From the IMG/VR virus record IMGVR_UViG_3300011335_000402, positions 1 to 61,446 of that record: a stretch of DNA of 61,446 bases; one strand, given 5' to 3'. The position numbers and the translations under genes are program-made. Positions 9,736 through 18,367 of the stretch are shown here, piece by piece. Numbering within the stretch: position 1 is the first letter of the stretch; every line of letters begins with the position of its first letter. The notes beneath the pieces were generated by a model, which worked only from the letters and a program-made list of their open reading frames with translations, did not search any database and was not told where the DNA came from. This DNA is from a virus. Its lineage: Duplodnaviria; Caudoviricetes.

Positions 9736-10334
9736 TAATCGTCGTCCGAGTCTTCACCGGGGAGGGGCAGTTTCCGCTCGTAGATGCCCAGTTCCTCATC
9801 AAGGTCCATCCCACCCGGCGTGACGTCGATGACCTCTGCGTTGAGCAGGCGCTTCACGCGCTCCTTAATGGCGGACTCCAGAGCCTCAGGCGAGTTGTAG
9901 TTGATCGTGATCTCGCTGCGCTCGGTGAACAGGCCGATGTCGCTGTGCTTACCCAGAAGCTCCAGAGCCTTGAGTTCGTACTTGGTCTGGCCGCAGTTGG
10001 CGATCTCCATCAACTTATTGGTCAGCGCGGCACGTACCTCATGCACGTCGAACGCCAGATTCTGGCCGTAGGTCTTGAGGAAGGCAGATGCCGCCAATGC
10101 GGTGGAGTAGTTCTTGAGAGGCGCGGACTTCTGATCCTTCGCCACGGCGTCGATAAGCGCCTTTTCCCGGTCGAATGTCACCGGATCGACCTCTAAGGGC
10201 GCACCAAGCTCCTCCAACAGGTCAGCGGTGTTCGCCGCCACGGTGATCTCATCCAAAAAGGTATCGAGTTGGGGTTCTTCGAGATCGAACGGGAGTGGGT
10301 ACTCGCCGGTCGGTTCGGCTTTAACGATGGCCAT
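9735..10334 (-). CDS. Putative terminase small subunit
   Basis: Immediately upstream of TerL; LKALELLGKH..IGLF motif typical of TerS. Confidence 0.7.
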   Translation of the reverse strand: MAIVKAEPTGEYPLPFDLEEPQLDTFLDEITVAANTADLLEELGAPLEVDPVTFDREKALIDAVAKDQKSAPLKNYSTALAASAFLKTYGQNLAFDVHEVRAALTNKLMEIANCGQTKYELKALELLGKHSDIGLFTERSEITINYNSPEALESAIKERVKRLLNAEVIDVTPGGMDLDEELGIYERKLPLPGEDSDDD

Positions 10335-10371
10335 AACAGGGTAGCGTCCGGTTTGAGGGATGCAGACCTTA

Positions 10372-10401
10372 TATATACCCCCCTAGGCACAAAATCGTCA
10401 A
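10372..10401 (-). promoter_or_regulatory. Sigma70-like promoter for the terminase/head operon
   Basis: TTGACG-18 bp-TATATA upstream of the TerS start. Confidence 0.55.
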
Positions 10402-10637
10402 GGTACCATTGACGGGGGGTGTTTCCTAACACGCGAGGTGCACATCGGCTGGCATAAAAAGAGGGGGGTGGGGGGTCGGATTTTCAAACTGCGTCGTAGG
10501 ATGTGTAAAATAGTATGTATGTATAGGAGGCGACCCTTCACGTGGTTTTGGGGGGTGGCGGGCCTGTGGGGCGCGCAATTAGCCGTTTTTTGACCCCTGC
10601 CCCCCTGCCCTAGCTTTCGACTGCTACCCTGCCCCGC

Positions 10638-10713
10638 TTTCCCTACCTGAGTAGGGAAGCCCCGCGCCTTGCCCCTTTCCCTACTCGAGTAGGGAAGCCC
10701 CGCGCCTTGCCCC
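10638..10713. repeat. 38-bp tandem repeat x2, each containing the 22-bp palindrome
   Basis: tttccctacNNNagtagggaagccccgcgccttgcccc at 10638 and 10676. Confidence 0.9.
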
Positions 10714-10736
10714 TAGCCGATTGCACCTTGCCCCGC

Positions 10737-10765
10737 TTGACATTGTAAACCGTTTAGCCGATACA
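10737..10765 (+). promoter_or_regulatory. Early sigma70-like promoter
   Basis: CTTGACATTGT -35 motif shared with other early promoters; GATACA at 17 bp. Confidence 0.6.
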
Positions 10766-10817
10766 GAAGGGGCGGGGCGAATTGTGCCCCGCGCCACAAA
10801 AGATAGGATGAAACATC

Positions 10818-11609
10818 ATGACTACTAATGCCGCTGCAAAGCGTATCACTATTGCCACCCTCGCAACTGCTACCCTATCCAGTGAGGAAGCCCGGTTGAT
10901 GCTTCCTCTCGCCGCCGCCGCCGCTGTTAAAGGCAAGGCCGAAATCGACGCTGGCAAAGCGAAAGGCGCTAGCGCGCTAGCCGTTATGGTTGCGGGGCTT
11001 GCCAGTGAGGAAGCTGCAAAGCGTCAATGGTCCTTTGATATTAAGGCCGCCGATGGTTCTGTGCATTATCACGTCGAGTGCATCGGCCATGAACAATTCG
11101 GCGAAACTAGCGCCGCGTGGGTGCGCAACGGTGAAGGGGCGATTAGCAAGGCCGCACAATCGGCATATAATGCCGCGTTCACGTTGGAGTATTTTGGACT
11201 AAAAGAATGCACCCCCGCCTTGCGCACTATGTGGGGCAAGGCCATTGTCACGGCACGGGGCATTCTGGATCAAAACATGACCGCCACGGTTAAGGACGGC
11301 AAGCTGGTCCTGTCGGGCGGACATGGTGAAAAGGCGGATGCAATGCGTGCGGCTAAGTCTCTGACTGCTTTGCAGAAACTGGCAGAAGACAAAGCCGGGT
11401 CGTCGCGTTCTGCCCCGCAAAATGCCCCTGCCAAAAAGGAAGGGGAAGAGACCCGCCCCGCCACGCCCGAAGAAATCACGCGCGCTGCGGTGGCAATTGC
11501 CAAAGCCATTGCCACTGGCAAAGAAACAGCCACAAATGCCACCCTGTCCAACTTGCGGGCTTTGGCAATGATATTTTCGGCCAAGCCCGAAGCCTTTGCT
11601 GGCGATTGA
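10818..11609 (+). CDS. Hypothetical Ala-rich early protein (monocistronic)
   Basis: 263-aa ORF with own promoter, RBS and terminator. Confidence 0.8.
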   Translation: MTTNAAAKRITIATLATATLSSEEARLMLPLAAAAAVKGKAEIDAGKAKGASALAVMVAGLASEEAAKRQWSFDIKAADGSVHYHVECIGHEQFGETSAAWVRNGEGAISKAAQSAYNAAFTLEYFGLKECTPALRTMWGKAIVTARGILDQNMTATVKDGKLVLSGGHGEKADAMRAAKSLTALQKLAEDKAGSSRSAPQNAPAKKEGEETRPATPEEITRAAVAIAKAIATGKETATNATLSNLRALAMIFSAKPEAFAGD

Positions 11610-11636
11610 CCCTAGCGCCCTAGGCGCAACGCCCCT

Positions 11637-11670
11637 AACCCGGCTGGCAATGTGCCAGCCGGGTTTTTTT
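11637..11670 (+). terminator. Rho-independent terminator
   Basis: AACCCGGCTGGCA-ATG-TGCCAGCCGGGTT running into a T tract. Confidence 0.9.
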
Positions 11671-11798
11671 GTGCCCGCGCCACACGCGGGCCGCGCGCCC
11701 GCATGATAGATCATCGGGTGGTCGCCCTATGATAGAAGCATGATAGAAGTGTGGGGTGGTCGGCCTTCGGCCTTTCCCTACTCGGGTAGGCAAGATCG

Positions 11799-12161
11799 TC
11801 AGGTGTAGTAGCCCAACGGGTCACGCCCTTTCCCGTAGAGGTAGCGAAGCTCTTCCTCCGCCCAGTCATCATCGTTGGCGTCGGTGTAATATCGAGAGCC
11901 GTCTGCGTTCGTGAGCCACGTGAGGTTAGGTGGTATCGGGCGAGAGTTAGTCTCTACTGGTGCTGGTGTAGGTGCAACAGGTTGGGCTGATGCTAGGCTA
12001 GGTGGAGAGATCAACGCAGCACGCTCATGTAGATATTCATGTAGGGCGATAGCCACCAATGCGCTCAACGGGACGCCACGAACGGCAGCCGCAGTAACCG
12101 CAGCCGCATGAAAGTCCGAAGGCACGCGAAACCTGATTTCCGAATCCATAATTTCCTCCAT
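11799..12161 (-). CDS. Putative ribbon-helix-helix DNA-binding protein
   Basis: IRFRVPSDFHAAAVTAAAVRGVPLSALVAIALHEYL fits the Arc/HicB-type RHH pattern. Confidence 0.6.
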   Translation of the reverse strand: MEEIMDSEIRFRVPSDFHAAAVTAAAVRGVPLSALVAIALHEYLHERAALISPPSLASAQPVAPTPAPVETNSRPIPPNLTWLTNADGSRYYTDANDDDWAEEELRYLYGKGRDPLGYYT

Positions 12162-12363
12162 TCCACTGAGAGTGGAGAATCAGTGGATACACAGTTTTTC
12201 ACGCCGCGCAAGCGGACTCCACTGATTCTCCACTCTCAGTGGAAGATCGACTTTCGTGGTAAAATCCCCGATTCCACTGGTTCTCCACTCTCAGTGGACA
12301 CCTGCGCGTGGTAAATTTTTGGGTGTTGGCGCTCGACTCCACTGATTCTCCACTCTCAGTGGA
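12162..12363. repeat. Four 26-bp repeats TCCACTGATTCTCCACTCTCAGTGGA (first copy inverted)
   Basis: Copies at 12162 (reverse), 12218, 12273 (1 mismatch), 12338. Confidence 0.92.
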
Positions 12364-12387
12364 GAATGTCTCGATTTCAGCCGCGCT

Positions 12388-12740
12388 AATGTAATTTTTT
12401 CTTCCTAATGTAATGGCTTTTGTAATCTTTTTTTTTTATTACAAACCGCAGGAATCCTAGGGTTTTTGGCATTTGTAATAATGTAATCGAATTTTCGGGG
12501 TGTTTATGCGTCCACGGGATTTTTCGAGGCGCTCACCCAGCCCCAAAACGCCAAACCCCGTATTTTTTCCGCCTATATATATATAAACTCTTTTTTTCTC
12601 ATTACATTATTACAATACCCAAAAAATTACGCTGAAACCCGCGGAAATCAGCCATTTCTTTTGTAAGATTCTTTTGTAAGATTCCGGTTTTGGGTCCATT
12701 ACAATATTACAACCGCAGAAACCCTACATTGTAATAAAAT
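12388..12740. other. Putative replication origin
   Basis: Non-coding, AT-rich; clustered TGTAAT/ATTACA hexamers around (TA)6 at 12574-12585 and poly-T runs. Confidence 0.55.
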
Positions 12741-12767
12741 CACGCCCTTGGGGACGCTTACCCCTAC

Positions 12768-12796
12768 TTGACATTGTCTAGTGTATGTGTTACCAC
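12768..12796 (+). promoter_or_regulatory. Early sigma70-like promoter
   Basis: TTGACA(TTGT)-17 bp-TACCAC. Confidence 0.55.
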
Positions 12797-12871
12797 AATC
12801 GGACGGGACAGACCGTCCCCGCGCGGCCCAACGGCCACCCACTTTCCCTACTCGGGTAGGGAAACAAAAAG

Positions 12872-13240
12872 ATGAAGGACGCTCTTATGGCTTTCGCCAA
12901 ACACACCAACGACGACTTCGCTCGTGGCGACAATGTGTCATTGTTGCTCGGATGCTTCCGTGAGGCTGATCGCGGTCACTGGTTCGAATTTGCAGTGCGA
13001 CCGGAAAAGACCTTTGCACCCTCCGACTTCGCGCCTGACTGCCCACACATCATCTTCCTGAACGAAAGCTATCGCTTCGCCAAGGTGCTCAAGACCGTGG
13101 CATGGATATGCGTTGACGAGGACGAGACCGGCCAACCCATCATGGAGAAGTGGCAACTCCGCAGCCATCGCACCTATGACACCGCGTGGGCTGTCCAACG
13201 CAGAGCAGACATAGCCAAGACGCTTTCCCTACTCGGGTAG
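12872..13240 (+). CDS. Hypothetical early protein
   Basis: 122-aa ORF flanked by two palindrome copies; its stop codon lies within the second. Confidence 0.7.
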   Translation: MKDALMAFAKHTNDDFARGDNVSLLLGCFREADRGHWFEFAVRPEKTFAPSDFAPDCPHIIFLNESYRFAKVLKTVAWICVDEDETGQPIMEKWQLRSHRTYDTAWAVQRRADIAKTLSLLG

Positions 13241-13255
13241 GCAAAGGAGGACACA

Positions 13256-13369
13256 ATGCGCATAACCAAGGCAGAATGGTATCGACTGGGTGGCTTCGCC
13301 AACAGCGACCTCTATCGACGCGCCGACCGGTTAGGCCGGTGGATGCACTTCATAGGAGCAACGCAATGA
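13256..13369 (+). CDS. Small hypothetical protein (37 aa)
   Basis: Strong RBS AAAGGAGG; MRITKAEWYRLGGFANSDLYRR...; ATGA overlap with next gene. Confidence 0.65.
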   Translation: MRITKAEWYRLGGFANSDLYRRADRLGRWMHFIGATQ

Positions 13370-13602
13370 CACCGATGCAGATCACCGCAATCGCCCTCAC
13401 CATGGCTGGCATGACAGGCTTTGCTTGGCTGGCTAATCGCTTCCTGACCAACTGGTCGAAGGGCATCGACGCGATGCGCGAGCATGAGAAGATACGCGAC
13501 CGGGTGTTCCGGGACGCGCTCGACACCATCCACCATCTCCGCATGGAGAACGATCAACTGACCGCCATGGTCATGGCTATGGCCAACAGAGAGGACGACT
13601 AA
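13366..13602 (+). CDS. Small membrane-anchored hypothetical protein
   Basis: AGGAGCAA RBS; N-terminal hydrophobic helix followed by coiled coil. Confidence 0.65.
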   Translation: MTPMQITAIALTMAGMTGFAWLANRFLTNWSKGIDAMREHEKIRDRVFRDALDTIHHLRMENDQLTAMVMAMANREDD

Positions 13603-13703
13603 TGATTGACACTTTCATCGAGGCCCCGTGGTTGGCCGTGCTGCTTTGGTTTTCGATCACCATGCCTGTGCTGCTCTGGCACGAGGGGAGGGGAGAGGAC
13701 TAA
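13602..13703 (+). CDS. Small hydrophobic peptide (33 aa)
   Basis: TAATG coupling; MIDTFIEAPWLAVLLWFSITMPVLLWHEGRGED. Confidence 0.5.
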   Translation: MIDTFIEAPWLAVLLWFSITMPVLLWHEGRGED

Positions 13704-13704
13704 C

Positions 13705-13733
13705 TTGACATTGTAATGTTACTACGCTATACA
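13705..13733 (+). promoter_or_regulatory. Early sigma70-like promoter
   Basis: TTGACA-17 bp-TATACA. Confidence 0.7.
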
Positions 13734-13784
13734 GAAGAAGTCGGGGCAAGAAGCGCCCCACCCACAAAAGATAAGGAGCAGACC

Positions 13785-14132
13785 ATGAGCAAGCCAATCC
13801 GCACCACCGGCACCAAGTGCCGTCGCCATGTCCAAGCCCGCGAGGCTTTCACCAACTCCAACGACCAACTCTTTGGTCGCTGGGAGACCCCACTACTCTA
13901 TGTCGTCTACAGCTACGGCACCCACTGGCCCCTGTTCGTCTGGGACGGGTTCGACTGGTATGAGAACGAAGATAAGTCCTCGCGCACTACGTCCAAGCAC
14001 CGCAGCCAGACCCACCCCTACGCGCCCACCCAGCTTCGCACATGCCGCTGGCTCAAGGACTTCATCCGCACCCACACCGGGCACCATAACGCACTGTCCG
14101 AGGTGCAAACCACACTGGGCCTAGCGGCGTAG
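13785..14132 (+). CDS. Hypothetical early protein
   Basis: RBS AAGGAG; YVVYSYGTHWPL...SRTTSKH motif. Confidence 0.75.
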   Translation: MSKPIRTTGTKCRRHVQAREAFTNSNDQLFGRWETPLLYVVYSYGTHWPLFVWDGFDWYENEDKSSRTTSKHRSQTHPYAPTQLRTCRWLKDFIRTHTGHHNALSEVQTTLGLAA

Positions 14133-14168
14133 GCTTTCCCTACCCGAGTAGGGAAAAGGAGCAAACCA

Positions 14169-14462
14169 ATGACTACCACGTTCAACGACCTCACATTCAA
14201 CCCGCACCCCCACATGCCCGATGGTGTCCAAGCGAAGATGTTCTTCCCCAACGGCTACGGCGCGTCGGTTATCCGCTCGACGTCCAGCTACGGTGGCAAG
14301 AACGGCCTATATGAACTGGCGGTGCTGCGCGGCACGGAAGCCGACTGGCACTTGTGCTACTCCACCACCATCACTGACGACGTGCTGGGCCATCTCACAC
14401 CGGGCGATGTGACCGCCTACCTCAACGAGATCAAGGCACTGCCGCAAGGGGACCAGCCATGA
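14169..14462 (+). CDS. Hypothetical early protein
   Basis: FPNGYGASVI...SYGG..GLYELAVL, a recurrent phage small-protein pattern; strong RBS. Confidence 0.8.
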   Translation: MTTTFNDLTFNPHPHMPDGVQAKMFFPNGYGASVIRSTSSYGGKNGLYELAVLRGTEADWHLCYSTTITDDVLGHLTPGDVTAYLNEIKALPQGDQP

Positions 14463-14698
14463 CCAAGACACGCACCCGCCTACCCAACACCATCACCACC
14501 CTGCCAAGCACCAACGACCTCGCGCGGCTCCCTATTGCCGAGTCGGGCAGCTACATCCTCAACGCCGAGCAGATCGCAACCCTGCGCCAGCGCATCTACT
14601 CCCTCAACAAGGACAACGTGCGCGGCTGGCGCTGGCGCTCTGCCAAGTTCCCTGTCGGTAACGGGCTGTTCACGCTGTTTGTATGGAGGCTTTCGTAA
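14459..14698 (+). CDS. Hypothetical protein
   Basis: ATGA-coupled 79-aa ORF. Confidence 0.65.
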   Translation: MTKTRTRLPNTITTLPSTNDLARLPIAESGSYILNAEQIATLRQRIYSLNKDNVRGWRWRSAKFPVGNGLFTLFVWRLS

Positions 14699-15090
14699 TG
14701 GGCTATAGTTCCGACATGACTGTGGTGTTTTACAGTCGCTCCCCAGAAAACCTACCGTTCGCTGCGCTCAAGCTATGGGTCGATGAGAATTACCCCTTGA
14801 GCGAAGCGCGGCAGGAGTGGGACGCCGAGATCACCGAAGACCCGGACAAAGCGTTCATCCTCATCCAATACCGTGGTGTGAAATGGTATCCCACCTACAA
14901 CCACCCTCAAGCGGTGCAGGCTACTCTTGAGCGGTTCAGCCAGACGTTCGAGAATGAGGATGACCGCTCAATCCCAATGGCATCATGGGAGTCCGCGCTG
15001 ATCGGTGAGGAACTCAACGACATAACCCACGACGGGTCTCCATACAGCGACTACCGCCTCTTCGTGGAGCGCATTGCCTACTTCGACTAG
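14698..15090 (+). CDS. Hypothetical protein
   Basis: TAATG-coupled start MGYSSD; VKWY and IGEE motifs. Confidence 0.7.
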   Translation: MGYSSDMTVVFYSRSPENLPFAALKLWVDENYPLSEARQEWDAEITEDPDKAFILIQYRGVKWYPTYNHPQAVQATLERFSQTFENEDDRSIPMASWESALIGEELNDITHDGSPYSDYRLFVERIAYFD

Positions 15091-15119
15091 CATACTAGCC
15101 ATAACGAGGAGCAAACGAC

Positions 15120-15653
15120 ATGGCACGAGCAATGACTGTGACCGCATATACGTTCGATGAGTTGGATGAGTCTGTCCAACGCAAGGTTATCGAGCGGTGG
15201 CGTAACGACGACCACTTCCACTGGGGCGACGAGTGGCGGGACTCTCTCAAGAGGTTCGCCGAGGCGGCACCCATCCGCGTCCGCGACTGGAACGTAGGCT
15301 ACCCCGGCACCTTCGTCTCGTTCGAGATGGTTGGGGAGTATGCCGACGAGGTGGGCGACCTGTCTGGTGTCCGTGCGTGGAAATGGCTGATGAACAACGG
15401 GTGGAACGACCTCTCCACCACGTCCTGCCCGTTCACCGGCTATTGCGGGGACGAGTCCCTCTTGGACGCTTTCCGCACGGCGATTGCCAACCCTGCCAGC
15501 ATCGTATCGCTGCGCAAGGTGTTTGGTGACGCGCTTCACCACTGGGCCAAGGACTTCGAGGCTGACCTCGACCACTGGCACTCCGAGGAGTGCATCCGCG
15601 AGGAGATCGAGGCCAACGAGTATGAGTTCTACGACGACGGGTCGCTTGTCTGA
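15120..15653 (+). CDS. Hypothetical acidic early protein
   Basis: YTFDEL...CPFTGYCGD...IEANEYEFYDDG; AGGAGCAAAC RBS. Confidence 0.8.
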   Translation: MARAMTVTAYTFDELDESVQRKVIERWRNDDHFHWGDEWRDSLKRFAEAAPIRVRDWNVGYPGTFVSFEMVGEYADEVGDLSGVRAWKWLMNNGWNDLSTTSCPFTGYCGDESLLDAFRTAIANPASIVSLRKVFGDALHHWAKDFEADLDHWHSEECIREEIEANEYEFYDDGSLV

Positions 15654-15722
15654 CCCGCGTGACGCAGATCACACCCACACAATGCTTTCCCTACTCAAGT
15701 AGGGAAAAGGAAGGATGATACC

Positions 15723-15944
15723 ATGAGCACTAACAAGCGCCGCGCAACCACACTACTGCGCAAGTATGACAGGATGCGCCGAGATATTCGCCAGACCGAG
15801 CGCGACCTCAACGAGGCGGTCACAAACTACGGTCGAGAGGTGGGCTACTACGGCCTGTCGAAGGACCATTTCCGTAACATGCTGGAGCAGGAACGGCTGA
15901 ACGCCGCTGCCGAGCAAGATCAGTGGGAGAAGAACAATGCGTGA
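15723..15944 (+). CDS. Hypothetical protein
   Basis: 73-aa ORF after a palindrome and RBS. Confidence 0.7.
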   Translation: MSTNKRRATTLLRKYDRMRRDIRQTERDLNEAVTNYGREVGYYGLSKDHFRNMLEQERLNAAAEQDQWEKNNA

Positions 15945-16200
15945 GTGGGGAACAACTCTTGTGGTAGCCACGGCTGGCCACGTCTGGGTCGCCAAGTCGA
16001 TCACGTTCGACGGGGACTTCTATCATCTGCACAACGCCCGCACGGTGCGGCGCTGGGGCACAACGGAAGGGCTGAACGAATTGGTGCGCGGCCCGACCAA
16101 GGAGACGGTGCTCGATGCTCCCGCTCCGCTGCTATCCGTAGTGCCGATTGCGATGATCTGCCTCATCCCCTGCGATGACGATAAGTGGCCGAACTGGTGA
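15937..16200 (+). CDS. Small beta-barrel protein (DUF6948-like)
   Basis: AGHVWV...LHNARTVRRWGTTEGLNELVRGP...LIPC pattern; family assignment from memory. Confidence 0.6.
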   Translation: MREWGTTLVVATAGHVWVAKSITFDGDFYHLHNARTVRRWGTTEGLNELVRGPTKETVLDAPAPLLSVVPIAMICLIPCDDDKWPNW

Positions 16201-16448
16201 CCGGGTCGGTGGGGGGCAATCCCCCCACCCTCCTCTGGGCCAAGCTGGTCGATGAGTCTGGGCTGATCTCTGGTCACGACGATGACGATGCCCTCGACGA
16301 TGCCCTCGGCGGTGACGGCTACGGCTGGGGCGACGGTGGCGGTGGAGGCCACGGCTACGAGGGTGGCGACAACGGCGACGGCGATGGTCTCGGCCCCAGC
16401 TATGGTTGGGGCAACGGCTACGGCAACGGCTACGGCGGCGGGGGGTAA
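16197..16448 (+). CDS. Gly/Asp-repeat peptide 1
   Basis: GTGA coupling (alternative start 16185); PPTLLWAKL leader followed by GDGYG-type repeats. Confidence 0.6.
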   Translation: MTGSVGGNPPTLLWAKLVDESGLISGHDDDDALDDALGGDGYGWGDGGGGGHGYEGGDNGDGDGLGPSYGWGNGYGNGYGGGG

Positions 16449-16450
16449 AG

Positions 16451-16657
16451 ATGGCAAGTGAACCACCTACCCTCCTCTGGGCCAAGCTGATCGAGGGGTC
16501 TAGGCTGATCTTTGGTCACTACGATGACGACTACGGCGACGGCAACGGCTACGGCGACGGCAACGGCTACGGCGACGGCAACGGCTACGGCGACGGCTTC
16601 GGCGACGGCTACGAGGGTAACGATCTCGGCGACGGGGGAGACCACAATGATGACTGA
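16451..16657 (+). CDS. Gly/Asp-repeat peptide 2
   Basis: MASEPPTLLWAKL leader followed by (YGDGNG)3. Confidence 0.65.
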   Translation: MASEPPTLLWAKLIEGSRLIFGHYDDDYGDGNGYGDGNGYGDGNGYGDGFGDGYEGNDLGDGGDHNDD

Positions 16658-16859
16658 ACCACCTACCCTCCTCTGGGCCAAGCTAGTTGACGGGTCACTG
16701 CTGTTCTTCGACGTGGAGGGCGAATGCTATTGGGGTGACAGCCAAGGTGCTGATGGCGATGGTTGCGGCCACGGCGATGGCGACGGCGATGGCGACGGCG
16801 ATGGCCACGGCGACGGCTACGGCGACGGCTACGGCGACGGTGATGGCAACTACACCTAA
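16647..16859 (+). CDS. Gly/Asp-repeat peptide 3
   Basis: MMTEPPTLLWAKL leader followed by GDGDG/GDGYG repeats; GGGAG RBS. Confidence 0.65.
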   Translation: MMTEPPTLLWAKLVDGSLLFFDVEGECYWGDSQGADGDGCGHGDGDGDGDGDGHGDGYGDGYGDGDGNYT

Positions 16860-16872
16860 CAAAGAAGGAGTA

Positions 16873-17043
16873 ATGACAATGAAGGATCGCAACTACTACC
16901 GCATGATGCCCGACTCTGAACTGGTGGAGGAATCCATCTACGGCACGGACACCGACTGGAAGGAACTGGCTATCGTTCTGGCCGAGCGGCTGCGCGAGGC
17001 GCGGGACACACCGCCCCCGATGTGCCCGCACTGCGACGACTGA
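16873..17043 (+). CDS. Small hypothetical protein
   Basis: RBS AAGGAG; WKELAIVLAERL; terminal CPHC. Confidence 0.65.
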   Translation: MTMKDRNYYRMMPDSELVEESIYGTDTDWKELAIVLAERLREARDTPPPMCPHCDD

Positions 17044-17045
17044 CC

Positions 17046-17074
17046 TTGACATTGTTAATATATTGTGCTACACA
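17046..17074 (+). promoter_or_regulatory. Early sigma70-like promoter
   Basis: TTGACA-17 bp-TACACA. Confidence 0.7.
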
Positions 17075-17152
17075 ATAATCGACAGCGGGGATAACCCTGC
17101 GCGCTGCCTTTCCCTACTCGGGTAGGCAAACCACAACCAAGGAGCAACCAAC

Positions 17153-18367
17153 ATGATTTCTGCTGAACGCAAACTTACCAAGGCCAAGCTGGATGTCATG
17201 CGGTCCACGATACCTAGCCTGCGCCTCTGGGCAGGCGTCATGTCCATCGGCACTACTCGCCTGTGTGACAAGACACGCACGGCATATACCAATGGCCGCG
17301 ACGAGGTTTATGGTCGCGCCTTTGTCGAGCAACTACCTACCCGGCAACTCAGCTTCGTGTGTCTGCACGAGGCCGTCCACAAGGGGCTGCGCCACCTCAA
17401 AATCTGGCGTAAGCTATTCGACGAGGACGCGAATCTGGCTAACAGAGCCTGTGACTACGTCGTTAACCGTATCATCGTAGAGGCTGACCCCGGCGAACTC
17501 GTTGTGCAGTTCCCGCGCAACCCAGACGGCACCCGGCTTGGTCTCTATGACCCCAAATACACCCGCACATGGTCGGCCCGGATGATCTTCGACGACCTCA
17601 AGCAGCAGGGTGACAGCAACGCTAACCCAACGCAGCCGGGTGACGGTGGCGAGGGCTTCGACGAGCATGGTTGGGATGACGCCGACGAACTACCCAAGGA
17701 GGAGCAGGAGGCGCTCGCCAAGGAGATCGACAGTGCGCTGCGCCGTGGTGAGGCCGAGGCCAAGAGTTGCGGTGCTGGCAAGGGCGGTATGCCGTCCGAA
17801 CTCAACGAGATACTGCGCCCTCAGATCGACTGGCGCGAGGCGCTCCGCGAGTTCATCAGCCAGTCCTGTGCATCACACGACACCTCCTCATGGCGTAGGC
17901 TCAACCGACGCTTCTACGGTATGGACCTCCTGCTACCCACACCCTACGGCGAGAGCCTTGGGCATATCGTGGTAGGGGCTGACCTGTCCGGCTCCATGTG
18001 GTGCGGCGACCCGTCCAACATGCAGAAAATCCTGTCCGAGTTCGTCGCCATCACCCGCATGGTCAACCCGCAGCATGTCGATCTCCTCTACTGGGATAGC
18101 CAAGTCACCGGCCATGAGGAGTATAAGCAGGGTGACTATGACGCGATGCTATCCAGCATGAAGCCACGTGGTGGCGGCGGCACACGCCCGTCGTGCGTCC
18201 CCACGTATCTCAAGGAGAAGGCCATCACCCCCGACTGTATCGTCATGTTGACGGACGGCGAGGTGTTCAACGACTGGGGCGGCAACTGGCCCGCACCTGT
18301 CCTCTGGGTCGTGTGCGGCAACCCCGGCGTGACTGCCACCACTGGCAAGACCATCCACATGAGTTGA
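17153..18367 (+). CDS. Metallopeptidase-VWA domain protein (DUF2201-like)
   Basis: TAYTNG, HEAVH (HExxH), N.ACDYVVN, MIDAS DLSGS, GGGT, LTDG. Confidence 0.88.
   Translation: MISAERKLTKAKLDVMRSTIPSLRLWAGVMSIGTTRLCDKTRTAYTNGRDEVYGRAFVEQLPTRQLSFVCLHEAVHKGLRHLKIWRKLFDEDANLANRACDYVVNRIIVEADPGELVVQFPRNPDGTRLGLYDPKYTRTWSARMIFDDLKQQGDSNANPTQPGDGGEGFDEHGWDDADELPKEEQEALAKEIDSALRRGEAEAKSCGAGKGGMPSELNEILRPQIDWREALREFISQSCASHDTSSWRRLNRRFYGMDLLLPTPYGESLGHIVVGADLSGSMWCGDPSNMQKILSEFVAITRMVNPQHVDLLYWDSQVTGHEEYKQGDYDAMLSSMKPRGGGGTRPSCVPTYLKEKAITPDCIVMLTDGEVFNDWGGNWPAPVLWVVCGNPGVTATTGKTIHMS

Noticed and set aside
12162-12363. Mini CRISPR array
   Set aside because: First repeat is inverted, two spacers share CGTGGTAAA, spacer lengths are uneven, and there is no cas operon; iteron/operator array is more likely
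16023-17052. Alternative-frame ORFs with poly-AT, poly-VA or poly-R tracts
   Set aside because: Frame shadows of the GGCGAC microrepeats; only the Gly/Asp frame has the conserved leader and coupled starts
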